Assembly: GCA_963806535.1 (NCBI GenBank)
Contig: CAWDYC010000007.1
Location: 256,001-320,000, forward strand
Direction of reading: 5' to 3'
Source: Candidatus Bathyarchaeota archaeon
GTDB taxonomy: Archaea > Thermoproteota > Bathyarchaeia > Bathyarchaeales > Bathycorpusculaceae
Length of the DNA stretch: 64,000 bases
Both the position numbers and the translations under genes were made by a program. Below, in pieces: positions 38,781-50,100 of the stretch (positions are counted from its first letter, which is position 1; each line of letters begins with the position of its first letter). A model generated the notes under the pieces. The model ran no database searches and was not told where the DNA came from. It saw only the letters and a program-made list of their open reading frames with translations.

Positions 38781-38851
38781 ATCATCACTCTCTATACGTT
38801 TCGGATTCCCTTAGCATGGTACCTTTTAAACTTTGTCTAAATTCGGTTTTA

Positions 38852-39460
38852 TCAGAGGGTAATTCCGGATGCAATGATATGTGCTACCCGCAAAGGTTCA
38901 GGAAAACTGCTTCTTGTCGCGGTCAAATTAATAATTTTTTCTGCATCAGCTAATGAAATTCCAGATAAAACGATGTAAAGTCTCTTTCCACGACTGATAA
39001 TTTCATGAATTTCACCAGCTTCAAGAACAGTTTTCCAACGCTCATCAGTTTTAGACAAGTTGATGAGTGCGTCGCGAATGGAATCTAAATCCGGCTTGTC
39101 TCCGGTTAAAGCAATGACCGGAAGGTTCGTGACAAAATTTAATTTCTTTATATCAACCACGTTAAATCCAGCGAACGTTATTCCATTTAACATTATCAAA
39201 CGCAGCTGTTTACAATGTGATGAACCATTAATCATAGAAGCTATCTTTTCTGTAGCATCAAAACCGTCTATTGCAATGTGTGTATGCATTGCTCCGTCAA
39301 GCCAGCAGCCGCCTCTGAAAACAACGCCAACCACTATAACACTACCCTCGGTGTGTGGAGTGAATTTGCCATCATCGACTCCAAGAACTCGTATTTCAGA
39401 TTTTATTGTTCGAAAATCTCTAACTGCCAAAATCTTACCTTGAAAAAGTATAAGGAACAC
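38852..39460 (-). CDS. DUF99 (UPF0215) endonuclease V-like protein
   Basis: RVLGVDD..F, DG.DAT, L.GITFAGFNVVD, PEPLRVAH.IA. Confidence 0.9.
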   Translation of the reverse strand: MFLILFQGKILAVRDFRTIKSEIRVLGVDDGKFTPHTEGSVIVVGVVFRGGCWLDGAMHTHIAIDGFDATEKIASMINGSSHCKQLRLIMLNGITFAGFNVVDIKKLNFVTNLPVIALTGDKPDLDSIRDALINLSKTDERWKTVLEAGEIHEIISRGKRLYIVLSGISLADAEKIINLTATRSSFPEPLRVAHIIASGITL

Positions 39461-39527
39461 TTTAGCTTTTAAAATTTAATATCAAAAGTCAAAGCAAAAA
39501 AGAAAAACTCTTGAAGAAAGGAAGAGA

Positions 39528-39833
39528 TTACGCTTTCAGAACGCGATCTAGCTCTACGCCAAAAGCGTCATTGGCTTCTCGAACTTTTTCAACAGCTTTA
39601 ATCAATGCTGCTTCAGGCTTAACTGTCCCTTTCATTCTAACGTAGATTATTGGGTTTGAAGCTAAAGGATGAGGCACATCATAGCCTGCAAATTCCACGG
39701 TTTTATCCTCTAGAAGCCGCTTTGCCAAAAGGTTGCAAATACCGTGAGTGCCACCTTCGATTTCAATCTTAAGCTCTTTCTCTGATCTGGTAAGTACTTT
39801 TATTTTCAATTTTTTTTCCTCTTTTTTAAACAA
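39528..39833 (-). CDS. rpoL: DNA-directed RNA polymerase subunit L (Rpo11)
   Basis: IEIEG..H...NLL...L....V.FAGY.VPHPL. Confidence 0.93.
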   Translation of the reverse strand: MFKKEEKKLKIKVLTRSEKELKIEIEGGTHGICNLLAKRLLEDKTVEFAGYDVPHPLASNPIIYVRMKGTVKPEAALIKAVEKVREANDAFGVELDRVLKA

Positions 39834-40413
39834 TTGGTTCTTTTCCGTAATCTGGTGCTACTCTACGCTTTTCTATATTGCCGCATCTTGGACACTTTAA
39901 TTCATCATATCGTAATGATTCAAGGGAACCGCCACAGCGAGAGCAGAAAGCATATAGTACGCCCAGATTCTTGTCGTTGGTTGATAGGTGGAAAATGCGG
40001 TTTTTTGAGCTGATGACTTTGGCTCTGATAATATCGCCCGGCTTGCATACATCATTCATCGAATCGATATACCGATCGGAAACATCAGAAATATGCAGTA
40101 TGCCGCCGAATTCGCCTGATTGTTTATTGTTTGTTGTTTTGAAGATTTTAACTAAAACGTTATCAGATTGGGGGTTACCAATTTGCCCTACAATCACAGT
40201 CCCAACTTTTGGGATTAATTCACTTTTAACCAGTGGGTAAACGGAAACACGTTTGTTAAGCAGGTCGATCAATGCGCGACCAACAGTTTTGGAGTAGATA
40301 ACTCCGTCTTTAACGTATGTTCCCGCGTCTGGAATAAACTCTTCAATTACACCTAAGCGTTCTCCAGGCACTACTAAACGACCAGTTTTTTGTTCAGGTG
40401 ATTTTAGACTCAT
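39826..40413 (-). CDS. csl4: Exosome RNA-binding protein Csl4
   Basis: V.PGE.LG.IEEF.P..GTY, S1 domain LHISD, GDIIRAKV, LGV..A.CS.CG...C.RCG..EKR. Confidence 0.93.
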   Translation of the reverse strand: MSLKSPEQKTGRLVVPGERLGVIEEFIPDAGTYVKDGVIYSKTVGRALIDLLNKRVSVYPLVKSELIPKVGTVIVGQIGNPQSDNVLVKIFKTTNNKQSGEFGGILHISDVSDRYIDSMNDVCKPGDIIRAKVISSKNRIFHLSTNDKNLGVLYAFCSRCGGSLESLRYDELKCPRCGNIEKRRVAPDYGKEPIV

Positions 40414-40541
40414 GATATTTACCTTTTATTTTAAATAAGCTAAACAAGCGTATTAGATGAATGCATATGGTTAGTTTCTATTCGCATCAATAAACCTTTT
40501 GATTAATAAACGGAATCCGCTCAGCCCCTTAATTCAAAAAC

Positions 40542-41246
40542 TTATTCAGCGTCTAACTTCTTGATAACGTATAAGTCAACCACAAAGTCATGTTTGAGCT
40601 TTGTATGAAAATCAAACATCTTTGGAATAGTCATGAGCATAGCGTAAACACATTTAACAATTCCATTATGCCGAGACACAAACGTTTCTAAAAAGGGCGA
40701 AGGAGTGACTTCCAAAAAACCATTACTTGCTTTGAGCTGCTTGATTAACTGCCTATCGGTTATGGGGTGGTTATGTAAAGAGTAAACTGAATCGCCTACT
40801 TCCAAAGCCTTCGCGAGAAACGCTCTATCAGCTTCTCGGGTTTGCACTCCAAAAGGCGGATTCTGCAAAACAGTATCAAATTTTCCGACAATGGAATTGA
40901 TATCGCCCACAATCCAGTGGACTTTCTTGCCATGATCGGTTTTCAAAGTGTTATCAACAGCGGTTTTAACGGCTAAATTGTCGATGTCTATTCCTACAAC
41001 GGTCTTAGCGCCAAGATAAGAGGCACCCAAAGCCAACCTACCTGTTCCGCAGCCTAAATCTAATACCGTTTTACCCGTAATATCACTATTTGAATAAGCC
41101 GCGATATACAAAATGTTTGATGCAATCGATGGGGAAATGGTATATTGTTCAAGATGCGCTTGAGGAGTAGGTTGAGAAGCAATTTTCGAGAGAAATAGCT
41201 CAAGATCTAGTTTTCGAATAATCCTTTTTTGAGCATATCCTCCCAT
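40542..41246 (-). CDS. METTL5 family N6-adenine methyltransferase
   Basis: P..HLEQY, DLGCGTG.L, NPPFG, AD..FL, P..FDFH. Confidence 0.88.
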   Translation of the reverse strand: MGGYAQKRIIRKLDLELFLSKIASQPTPQAHLEQYTISPSIASNILYIAAYSNSDITGKTVLDLGCGTGRLALGASYLGAKTVVGIDIDNLAVKTAVDNTLKTDHGKKVHWIVGDINSIVGKFDTVLQNPPFGVQTREADRAFLAKALEVGDSVYSLHNHPITDRQLIKQLKASNGFLEVTPSPFLETFVSRHNGIVKCVYAMLMTIPKMFDFHTKLKHDFVVDLYVIKKLDAE

Positions 41247-42226
41247 GAAGCTTCGCCCACAGCCACAATAAACTCATTAATAGTTAATACAGGCTTTGAA
41301 AACTTTTGCGGCGCCTCAAGAGAAATTCTGGGGCATGCTGTATTAACATAAGCATCAATGGACGGAAATTCCAAGAGCGTTTCAGGAACAATTTCTTTAA
41401 CCATTAACAGATAAACTGTTTTCCCATGTTTCTCGGCCAACTCCTTAGTCCTCAAGGCTTGATCAAAGTGTTTTTGGCCCGGTTTGGAACCGATAAAGAC
41501 TCCGAGAGTCTTGGCATTTACCGCTTCTTGAACGCAAGCCCAGCGTTGCTTGAGAGTTTTTTGGGCATAATCATTAATTGAGAAAGCACGATTATCGTAT
41601 GGGTCCGCAACAAATGTTGGTTTAGAAGTACTCAAAGCTATGCCTAATGCATGAAACAGCCCACCGCCAATAAAAAGGAAGGCGCCAACTTCATCGGCTA
41701 TTGATTTTACATTGCCATAGTTGCAGCCTATCACTTGACCAGGATAATTTACCTGCCCACAATTACCCACAATTACTGTTTTTCCAGCTTTACTCAAAAT
41801 GGTTGTTACCTGTTTCAGTGATTCTAAGTGTTGCACTGTAGTAGCTAAACCGATTTCGCGGTAATCACTAAGGAGCGGTAAAGCTTTCTCAACGGCTTCA
41901 CGAACCACCGCCGCTGATCTTGCTTCAACGTATAATGTCGGAATCTTGGACATTACAAGTTTCGCATGTCCAAAATGCACTATCAAATCTATACCTAAAT
42001 TTTCAGCATCATTTGTCGCAAGGTCACATGAACCGTAACATGGATCAGCAGAAATTATTGGAAGCGCTCCACTCGCTTCAACGATTTTTGCTAAACGTGG
42101 ACCTTCAGGTTTCAAACCTTCTGGAAGCTGCAGCAGAACACGTTTGGCGCCAAGTTTAGTTACCTCTTGTTTGATATGCTCTTCTTCAAAATCGAAACCT
42201 ATCATATCTTGTCCATCCTCTATCAT
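41207..42226 (-). CDS. dph2: Diphthamide biosynthesis enzyme Dph2
   Basis: [41 protein letters not shown]. Confidence 0.94.
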   Translation of the reverse strand: MIEDGQDMIGFDFEEEHIKQEVTKLGAKRVLLQLPEGLKPEGPRLAKIVEASGALPIISADPCYGSCDLATNDAENLGIDLIVHFGHAKLVMSKIPTLYVEARSAAVVREAVEKALPLLSDYREIGLATTVQHLESLKQVTTILSKAGKTVIVGNCGQVNYPGQVIGCNYGNVKSIADEVGAFLFIGGGLFHALGIALSTSKPTFVADPYDNRAFSINDYAQKTLKQRWACVQEAVNAKTLGVFIGSKPGQKHFDQALRTKELAEKHGKTVYLLMVKEIVPETLLEFPSIDAYVNTACPRISLEAPQKFSKPVLTINEFIVAVGEASWEDMLKKGLFEN

Positions 42227-42285
42227 CTAACAAAAGGTTGAAAATAAGAAAAGAAGAACTCAACGATTGCAAAAGAGCTTTTATG

Positions 42286-44715
42286 CTAACGTGGCCATTC
42301 CCAATCTTGGATCGGTTTTTTAAGTGGTTGTCCGCGGGCTAAAGCTGCTTGTTCAGCTAAGCGTTCAAGAATTATTTTTTGCTCAATGCTGGCAACGTTC
42401 TTTCTTGTAGTTACCACGGCATCGTTGTTAACGGAAATGCTATCGATACCAACGCGGACTAGGAATTCTGCAAAGTCAGGATAGTTTGATGGTCCTTCGC
42501 CGCAAATCGAGACTGTACATCCATTTTCGTGAGCGGCCTTGATTAGATGTGCAATAATTCTTTTGACTGCTGGATCTCTCTCGTCGAAATAGCCCATTTG
42601 TCCTAACCGTTCAGAATCGCGATCTATCATTAATACACCTTGGGTCATGTCATTTGAGCCTATTGAGAATCCATCCACCAACTTTGAAAATTCGTCAGCC
42701 ATTATACCTATAGAAGGTGTTTCAGCCATGAACCAAACCTTGAAGTCTCGACCGCGCTCTAAACCTTCTTCCTTCATTATTGCAAGAACTTGTTTAGCTT
42801 CCCAAAGAGTGCGAACCATTGGAAGCATAACGTAAACGTTTTTGAGAGACCATTCAGTTCGGCATTTCTTTATAGCTTGACATTCTAGTCGGAATGCTTG
42901 GATGTACCATTTGCTTATGTAGCGGCTGCAACCTCTCCAACCTAGCATTGGGTTTTCTTCAATAATTTCGTATTTTTCTCCGCCCTTTAAGCCTCGGTAC
43001 TCATTAGTTTTGAAGTCGCTTAAGCGTACAACGACTGGTTTGGGTTGAATTGCCCTTGCAACTGTCGCTATGCCGTCTGCGAGTTTGTCAACAAATTGTT
43101 GGCTTTGCCCTGCGTCAACAAACGCCATCGGATGTTGTCCTATAGCGCTGGCTAAAATGAATTCAGTTCGCATTAGACCGATGCCTTCAAACGGTAGGTT
43201 CTTGTATTGTTCGATCATCTCTGGCGTGCCTAAATTCATGTAAATTTTTGTGGCCGTTACTGGAGCTGAATCTGCTACTTGCATAACAATGCCGGATCCG
43301 TTTGATGCTGCTACGGGTTGAACAGCTTGCTCCATTATGCCTTCATAAATTACACCGTTTCTTGAGTCAACAGTGTAATCTTGACCCGTTTTCATTACTT
43401 GTGTAGCTATTTCTGTTCCAACCACGCACGGTATGTTAAGTTCTCGGCTAACGATTGCCGCGTGAGAAGTGATTCCGCCTTTGTCCGTGACAATGGCACT
43501 TGCCATTTTCATGAATGGCACAAAGTCAGGGTCAGTCATGCCTGTAACAAGAATATCGCCTTTTTTCATATCTCTGTTTGCATCGTCAGGGTTTAGGACA
43601 ATTGTTGCTTTTCCTATTCCATACCCTCTTCTTCCTGCTGAAATACCTCTAACCACTACTTTTAATTGTTCATGTTTTGATTCTTCCATTTTCGGCGCTT
43701 CCTGTGTTTTTGTGCCAAAAACTGTTTCTGGCCTCGCTTGAACTATAAATATGTCTTGTGGATATTCCAAATCTTGGTCAATTGCCCATTCAATATCCAT
43801 TGGTTTGCCATAATGCTTCTCAATACGCTTCGCCAGCTCAGCCAATGCCAAGATTTCTCTGTCGTCTATGCAAGTTATTTTCTGCTTGTCTGCTGGCACT
43901 TCTAAGTGCACTGTTTTGCCTGTTTGAGGATCACGAATGTATTCTACAGTTTTGCGAGAAATCCTCCGCTCCTTAATCGTAGAGGTTGCTTTGTCTATGA
44001 CAAAGTCGTCAGGGTTAACGGCGCCTGACACAACAGTTTCTCCTAAGCCGTAGTTGCCTTCGATAACAATTTCGTCACGGTTTCCAGTGACAGGATTTAT
44101 TGTGAACATGACTCCGGCGCATCCAGAATTAACCATTTTTTGGACGCCGACGCTGATGAAGACTTTTTCATGTGGAAACCCTTTTTCATTTCTGTAAAAG
44201 ATTGCTCGTGGCGTAAATAGGCTTGACCAGCATTTTACGACTTTGTCAACTAGGTCATCAGCACCTTTTACGTTTAGGTAAGTTTCTTGTTGACCTGCAA
44301 ATGATGCATCAGGTAAATCTTCGGCTGTAGCACTTGATCGTACAGCAACAAAAGTATCTTTTAACCCAAGCCGTTTGTTGAGTTCTTTGTAAGCCGTCCT
44401 TATCGCAGTTTCAATTTCTTTAGGCATTGGAGTTTTTTCGATAAGTTCACGAATCTTCTTGGACGCTACATCATATTGTTTTGGGTCATTTAGGTCCGTG
44501 ACTGTTTCTTTTATTATTTCATAAATTTTCGCGGCTATATTTTTTTCTTGAATATATTTTTCATAAGAATAAGCTGTTACGGCAAAACCTGGTGGAACAG
44601 GCAAGCCGGCATTAATCATTTCACCGAGGCTGGCGTTTTTCCCGCCAACCAAAATAACATCAGTATTTCTTACATCATTAAACCATAAAACCAGTTGCTT
44701 CTCTTTGTCGCTCAA
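42286..44715 (-). CDS. ppsA: Phosphoenolpyruvate synthase
   Basis: VGGKNASLGE, VAVRSSATAEDLPDASFAGQQET, QARPET, GG.TSHAAIVSRE, ENPMLGWRG, SIGSND, ICG. Confidence 0.96.
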   Translation of the reverse strand: MSDKEKQLVLWFNDVRNTDVILVGGKNASLGEMINAGLPVPPGFAVTAYSYEKYIQEKNIAAKIYEIIKETVTDLNDPKQYDVASKKIRELIEKTPMPKEIETAIRTAYKELNKRLGLKDTFVAVRSSATAEDLPDASFAGQQETYLNVKGADDLVDKVVKCWSSLFTPRAIFYRNEKGFPHEKVFISVGVQKMVNSGCAGVMFTINPVTGNRDEIVIEGNYGLGETVVSGAVNPDDFVIDKATSTIKERRISRKTVEYIRDPQTGKTVHLEVPADKQKITCIDDREILALAELAKRIEKHYGKPMDIEWAIDQDLEYPQDIFIVQARPETVFGTKTQEAPKMEESKHEQLKVVVRGISAGRRGYGIGKATIVLNPDDANRDMKKGDILVTGMTDPDFVPFMKMASAIVTDKGGITSHAAIVSRELNIPCVVGTEIATQVMKTGQDYTVDSRNGVIYEGIMEQAVQPVAASNGSGIVMQVADSAPVTATKIYMNLGTPEMIEQYKNLPFEGIGLMRTEFILASAIGQHPMAFVDAGQSQQFVDKLADGIATVARAIQPKPVVVRLSDFKTNEYRGLKGGEKYEIIEENPMLGWRGCSRYISKWYIQAFRLECQAIKKCRTEWSLKNVYVMLPMVRTLWEAKQVLAIMKEEGLERGRDFKVWFMAETPSIGIMADEFSKLVDGFSIGSNDMTQGVLMIDRDSERLGQMGYFDERDPAVKRIIAHLIKAAHENGCTVSICGEGPSNYPDFAEFLVRVGIDSISVNNDAVVTTRKNVASIEQKIILERLAEQAALARGQPLKKPIQDWEWPR

Positions 44716-45269
44716 GCCGTCTCCGTCTCCGGTTCTGCGTTCTCAGCTTCGTCAGCTAAGTCTACTTCTGGAGGTGCTTCAATTTTGGAGATAACTATTT
44801 TGCATGGTATTGGAAGTTTTGCGCTTCCTCTTTTAAGGGATTCTTTGGCTGTTTCCTCAAATCCGGCTTTTACTTTGACTGTCATGAGTGGTTGGCCTAC
44901 TTCAACTTTCGCTGCAGTGCCAATTGCAGTTCCGAAGGAACGTCTCATTCCTTGTTGAAGTCGGTCAGCGTGAGCGCCAAAGATCATTTTGTTTTCTCTT
45001 AGAATAATGTGAGGGTATGGATGAACAACCATAAGATAATCATTAATAACTTTGTCCATTAAAACACGGTTTGTAGCCACACGCATTGCTTCGAGTGCAC
45101 TGTGACGTATTTGGGCTCGTTCCAAAGCGATAAGTTGACCTTGAACTGCAAAAGTGCCCTTAGTGTCACCCATTGTAAACTTTACAATTTTTGGCGGTGG
45201 AAAACCTCTAGCGTATTCTTTTCTTGTGTACGCTCGATTTTTAACGTGCCTGTAATTTTTTGCGTGCAT
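44712..45269 (-). CDS. rpl10e: 50S ribosomal protein L10e (uL16)
   Basis: AYTR.EY, QIRH.ALEA.R, YPH.ILRENKM...A.ADR...GMR.SFG, KLP. Confidence 0.96.
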   Translation of the reverse strand: MHAKNYRHVKNRAYTRKEYARGFPPPKIVKFTMGDTKGTFAVQGQLIALERAQIRHSALEAMRVATNRVLMDKVINDYLMVVHPYPHIILRENKMIFGAHADRLQQGMRRSFGTAIGTAAKVEVGQPLMTVKVKAGFEETAKESLKRGSAKLPIPCKIVISKIEAPPEVDLADEAENAEPETETA

Positions 45270-45436
45270 GCTACGTCCCTTTTTAGCATACTCATCCAGC
45301 GGTATTTAAACGATTTGTAACATTTCACTTAAGCTTGTGTATATTTTCAATGTATATTTGTAAAGTCTGCAAGAGACGATTCTAGTCATAACGGGGCGTC
45401 AGTTCTTATATACTTAGGTAACTCTTCATCTTCCAG

Positions 45437-46743
45437 ATGCCGACAATGTTATTTATTTCAGGAAAAAACTGGAGACTTTCCTTAGCGGAGCTTGCTGCTT
45501 ACCTGAAAGCGAGAGCAATGAAATTTGAAATAAAATTTTTTTCCAAAGATTTCTTCGTTATTGAATTTACAGAAAACTTTGATGCTTCTGCCATTGAGGC
45601 ATTAGGCGGAACAATAAAAATTGGCGAGGAGCAAAGCACAATTTCCAACCCACGTTATTAAGGGAAGCTTTTGTTGATAAAAACAAGCAAGCCCAATCAC
45701 AAATAACCGAAACTTTAGCATCAAGCGGTTTAGTTGATGAGATAGATAAGTCCGCTGAGAAAGCTGTTTTTTGGAGTAAGCGTATACTGCGCTGAAAATC
45801 CATTGCGCCCTCTGTCAGGGACCATTCAACGGTTTGTCGGAAGCGCCAGTAAAAGACGAGTTGAAGGGGTACGGCAAGAAATCAAAGTTTATGGGTTTTT
45901 CCAAAGATAGACATTCAGCTCAGCTAAGCCACGTGGAAGTATTAAAGAAAAATTTAGTTGAAAACAAAGCAGAAATATTGTTTTGTATTGGCAAGGAAGA
46001 AACATGGGTAGCTCAAACTGTAGCCGTTCATAATCCCTTTGAGTTTCAAAAAAGAGACGTTTACAAGCCTGTTCAACGAAAAATTTTTGGAATGCCCCCA
46101 AGGTTAGCTAGGATAATGGTTAACTTATCGGCTTGTACGCCTGGAAAGGTTTTGCTTGACCCGTTTTGCGGTGTTGGCACTGTTCTTCAAGAAGCACTGC
46201 TGGAGAGGGCAAACGTTGTTGGTGTAGATGTTAATCCTTGGTGTGTTAAGGCTGCAAATGAAAACTTGACAGTGGATAAAAAGAGAGTATGGCCTTGAAA
46301 ATGCGGAGTTCAGGGTTGTGCAAGGTGATGTGGGAAGGCTTGCTGAGAAGGTGGGACAGGAAACGGTTGATTGTATTGTAACTGAGCCTGATTTGGGTCC
46401 AGCTTTGCGTCAAGTACCTACTGGACCATATGCCCAGAAAATTATCGAGAAACTGGAACCTTTATTCTTTGGTTTGGTTGACCAAGCATCTAAGGTTCTG
46501 AAAAAGGATGGTCGATTAGTTCTTGTGACGCCCTTACATCGTTACTCGTTCGGGGCAATCCGTAACTATGCCTATTGCTGGAGAAACTTGAAAATAAAGG
46601 ATTCAAGCTAGTGCAGCCTTTTTCTGAAGACATGTTCTCCCAGAATGCCCGAGAACATGAAGAACTGGTTGAGCATGCGTTCCTTAGTAGAGGTTGATGA
46701 ACGGCATAAAATTGGCAGACAAATCCATGTCTACCAAAAATAA
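45437..46743 (+). CDS. Trm11/TrmG10-like tRNA methyltransferase; several frameshifts
   Basis: Fragments G.N..LS.AEL, LGGTIKIG, RD..KP......MPPRLARIMVNL, LLDPFCG.GT, D.IVTEP.LG in successive frames. Confidence 0.75.
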
Positions 46744-46780
46744 ACAGCTGCTTGCAGAGATAATTTATTAATTTCTTCTG

Positions 46781-47302
46781 ATGAACTATGTGTCTAAAGA
46801 TTTGAGGCAGCAGACAATGGAAAATCATTCAAGACCTAATTGGGACAGATATTTCTTAGATTTATGTGAAGCAGTCGCTAAACGCGCCACGTGTGACCGA
46901 GGAAGAAGCGGCTGTGTCATCGTTAAGGATAAGCGAATAATGACTACCGGGTACGTTGGCGCCCCCATGGGTTTGCCACATTGCGATGAAGCCGGGCATG
47001 ACATGCGAAAAGTGTTTGACACCAACGGCAATGTTACTCAGCATTGCGTGCGCACTCTTCATGCGGAACAAAACGCGATCATTCAAGCAGCTAGATTTGG
47101 GATATCACTTGAAGGAGCAACACTTTTTTGCAAAATGACTCCATGCAGAACCTGTGCCATGATGATAATCAACGCTGGCATAAAACGGGTTGTCTGCGAA
47201 AAACGTTACCATGCTGACGCTGACACAATAGACATGTTCAAACAAGCATGCGTAGAACTAACGATAGTGAATAATGAATTCGAAAAATACGACAAACAAT
47301 AA
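46781..47302 (+). CDS. dCMP/cytidine deaminase (ComEB-like)
   Basis: RP.WD.YF, R.TC.R...G, LHAEQNAI, PCRTC. Confidence 0.92.
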   Translation: MNYVSKDLRQQTMENHSRPNWDRYFLDLCEAVAKRATCDRGRSGCVIVKDKRIMTTGYVGAPMGLPHCDEAGHDMRKVFDTNGNVTQHCVRTLHAEQNAIIQAARFGISLEGATLFCKMTPCRTCAMMIINAGIKRVVCEKRYHADADTIDMFKQACVELTIVNNEFEKYDKQ

Positions 47303-47368
47303 TGTTAAGTCTGCAATCATCAAAAAATATTCATGAGAAGATCATAATTTACTACACAATATACATGA

Positions 47369-47506
47369 TTATAATGATTGATTAATTGTGACTTTGAAGT
47401 TATGGTGACATTTTCCACAATTATACGCTTCAATAGTAAAGCATTGATTCTTCAGTACACTTGAAGGTTTGCTAACTTCATTTCCACAACTAGGACAATG
47501 AACCAT
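47369..47506 (-). CDS. Small Zn-ribbon protein (45 aa)
   Basis: Not in the ORF track. MVHCPSCGNEVSKPSSVLKNQCFTIEAYNCGKCHHNFKVTINQSL. Confidence 0.65.
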   Translation of the reverse strand: MVHCPSCGNEVSKPSSVLKNQCFTIEAYNCGKCHHNFKVTINQSL

Positions 47507-47632
47507 ATGAATCAATCAATCTGTTTTGACACATTAAGAATATGAACATTATGAACTCAGAATCAGCAAAAACATGCAATTCAGTATTCAAAAGATAACA
47601 TAAAAAAAAATAATCGCCATTTTGAGCGATTT

Positions 47633-47962
47633 TTATTTCATTTTTTGAACAACAATCCACTTAACGTTGTCAAATCCATACTTTGTTATTAATGGATCAA
47701 GAAAGTCTGGAGCTAAGTCATCATCAATTTCTGACAAAACCACTGTGTCACCTATTCTGTAAACGATACCTATTTCAGTGAGGTCTTTTAACCCGGCATA
47801 TTTACCTTTAATTTCCCAATAGCCAGGCTCATCTTTCCCAACTTCCATAATCCAAGAGTACTTGTCTCCAGGATGTATGCCTTCTGTAAAATTGAAAGCA
47901 CAAACAATGTCTCCAACCGTTTTGGGGTCATCGCTTGTTTTAACATAAAACCAAATCGTCAT
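47633..47962 (-). CDS. Hypothetical protein
   Basis: Clean ORF with protein-like composition and GTGGTGA RBS. Confidence 0.65.
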   Translation of the reverse strand: MTIWFYVKTSDDPKTVGDIVCAFNFTEGIHPGDKYSWIMEVGKDEPGYWEIKGKYAGLKDLTEIGIVYRIGDTVVLSEIDDDLAPDFLDPLITKYGFDNVKWIVVQKMK

Positions 47963-48032
47963 TTTAGTCACCACAATAACCAATACAACATTCCTTTATT
48001 TGCTTTTCAGAAGGCAAGAATAACACGCCGAC

Positions 48033-48657
48033 TTACTTCAGTTTATTTTTGGCTTCTATTAGTGTTAGAGTTTCAAAGAAAGGTAATTTACGTTCGGCTT
48101 TAATGCTTGCTTTTAGATTGATTTCTTCAAATTTCCGAATCGTTTCTTCAGGATTTGCAAGCGTAGACTGCATTAAGAGAATTCGCCCGTTGGCTTTCAA
48201 GTGTGGTGGGGCTTGGGAAATAAATTGGTCGATAACTTGCCTACCATTAATGCCACCTGCCCAAGAACGCACCATCCAAGAATCTTCTTCACACTCTGTC
48301 TGAAGGAAGGTAGGGCGCATTAAAGAGAATTAAATCAAATTTTGCATTTTCATTAAAAGCGGTTAATAGACCAGCTTGAATGAAAGCCATTTTACCGTTA
48401 CATTGTTAAGCGCTGAATTCTTTTTTGCGCAACGAATAGCATACGGATTTAAATCAACCGCAACTACATTAGGCAGCTTTTTCCGCGGCTAATATGCCAA
48501 GTATACCACAGCCCGTGCCAACATCTAAAACCTCTGCGTCTTTTTCTATGTCAAGATTTTCGGCGAAAAGAAAAGAGTCTTCGGCAGGCTCGTAAACTTC
48601 CTCAGAAACATCAAAAATGTATTTCCCAAAGGTTGCTCTCTTAACTGAGAATGGCAT
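48033..48657 (-). CDS. HemK2/Mtq2 (release factor glutamine) methyltransferase; frameshifts
   Basis: VYEPAEDSFL, VLDVGTGCG, then V.VDLNP.A, F..PYL and W.GG.NGR.VI..F in other frames. Confidence 0.8.
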
Positions 48658-49459
48658 TTGCTAATTCTCCAAAATTTTTAGGCGACAACTCTCTTGCACG
48701 CTTATCATGAAAAGGCAAGGTAAGACTAAGTTTCTCCGCTTCTTCCTTGCTTAACTTTAAAGTGGTTTTAAGGAATGGCGCAAGTGCTTTGCCTAATTTT
48801 TTGTTGCGTTGGGTAAAAAGCCACTTAACCATTTGCTTGAAAAATGTTGCATCTTTTACTTCAAATGGTTTTTTGCTCCAAGGTTTTAAGCTAAGAATTA
48901 TTGAATCTACTTCAGGTTGAGGATAAAACATCTCTTTTGGAACTGAATCTAAAAGTTGAACTTCTGCTTGCTGATTGGTCACAACCGTTAACCAGCCGTA
49001 ATCTTCGCTACCTACTGAGGCAACAAGACGAGCGGCAAATTCTTTCTGTAAAATCAGCACTGCACAGTCGATTTTGCGTTCAAGAAGCCAAGTTATAAGA
49101 TGAGAAGATAGGTAGTATGGAGGGATTGCTATGACTTTGTTAAAGTTAGGCAATGTTGCTTTCAACACGTCGCCTTCTATAACAGTCACGTTGCCGATTC
49201 CTTTGGTTTGTTCACGAAGCACTTCTGCAACTTGCCGGTCCTTCTCAACTGCAATTACTGATTTGCATTTTTCAGCCAAGAAACGGGCAAGAAAACCGAA
49301 ACCTGCACCAGCATCTAACACCACATCTGAACTTTCAAGTGCTGCATAACTGCACAACTTTTCGTAGAGTGATGTCTCAACCATGAAATTTTGGCCCAAA
49401 AGCTTGTTCGGGGATATTCGGTAGGTTCGAAGCAGTTGCTTCGTTTCCTCAAGACTCAT
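48641..49459 (-). CDS. ksgA: 16S rRNA dimethyladenosine transferase KsgA/Dim1
   Basis: K.LGQNF, G.G.G, VEKD, GD.L, PYYLSS, QKEFA.RL, F.PQP.VDS, F.QR.K. Confidence 0.93.
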   Translation of the reverse strand: MSLEETKQLLRTYRISPNKLLGQNFMVETSLYEKLCSYAALESSDVVLDAGAGFGFLARFLAEKCKSVIAVEKDRQVAEVLREQTKGIGNVTVIEGDVLKATLPNFNKVIAIPPYYLSSHLITWLLERKIDCAVLILQKEFAARLVASVGSEDYGWLTVVTNQQAEVQLLDSVPKEMFYPQPEVDSIILSLKPWSKKPFEVKDATFFKQMVKWLFTQRNKKLGKALAPFLKTTLKLSKEEAEKLSLTLPFHDKRARELSPKNFGELANAILS

Positions 49460-49469
49460 CGCTTGTGCC

Positions 49470-50036
49470 TTACTGCGCGCGGGTGAATAATCGGTATTTG
49501 CTGTCGCCTTCAAGTTCTTCCATAACACGCTTAGTTATTAGCTTTACAGGATTAGGCAACTCGGTACGTTTTTGCAAATCTTCAAAGCTTTCAAAGGGCT
49601 TACGATCTCGCTCATTAATAACTTGCCACATGTATTTTTTGCCGATGCCTGGAACCAACTCTAAGGCATGCATGCGAGGGGTAATTGCACGTGTTGTATT
49701 GAAAAAGTTTACAAACCATTTTTCCCGATTTACAACTATTTTACCTATGACGCTTGGAAGCTCTGCTTTGGCTGATGCAGTTAATTCTTCAAAGCCTATT
49801 CGCCCTATAATATATGTGACTTCTTGGCGAGAATCCTTGCCTACGTAGACACGGTCTCCTGGCTTGAGCATTAAACCTTCTTTCACCAAAGCTTCTAAAA
49901 GCGTGAAAAATTCTTCGCCGATACACTGAATCAAAGCTCCCGCTCGATAACCTGCCCGTCCAGTCGGGCGGAATCCAGGCTTACCGTGTGTCAAGAAATC
50001 TAACACGTAAGCGTATTCTTCGTACCGCTTTTCCAT
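49470..50036 (-). CDS. DUF655 putative RNA-binding protein
   Basis: YEEYAYVLDFL, Q.IGE.FFTLLE, FV.FFN....IT.RMH.LEL.PGIGKK, PF.SF.D. Confidence 0.92.
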   Translation of the reverse strand: MEKRYEEYAYVLDFLTHGKPGFRPTGRAGYRAGALIQCIGEEFFTLLEALVKEGLMLKPGDRVYVGKDSRQEVTYIIGRIGFEELTASAKAELPSVIGKIVVNREKWFVNFFNTTRAITPRMHALELVPGIGKKYMWQVINERDRKPFESFEDLQKRTELPNPVKLITKRVMEELEGDSKYRLFTRAQ

Positions 50037-50100
50037 AATAGTCACTAAGCTCTCCTAGTGTATTGCGCTTACTGCTTAAAAATACTTAGTCACTTAGCGA

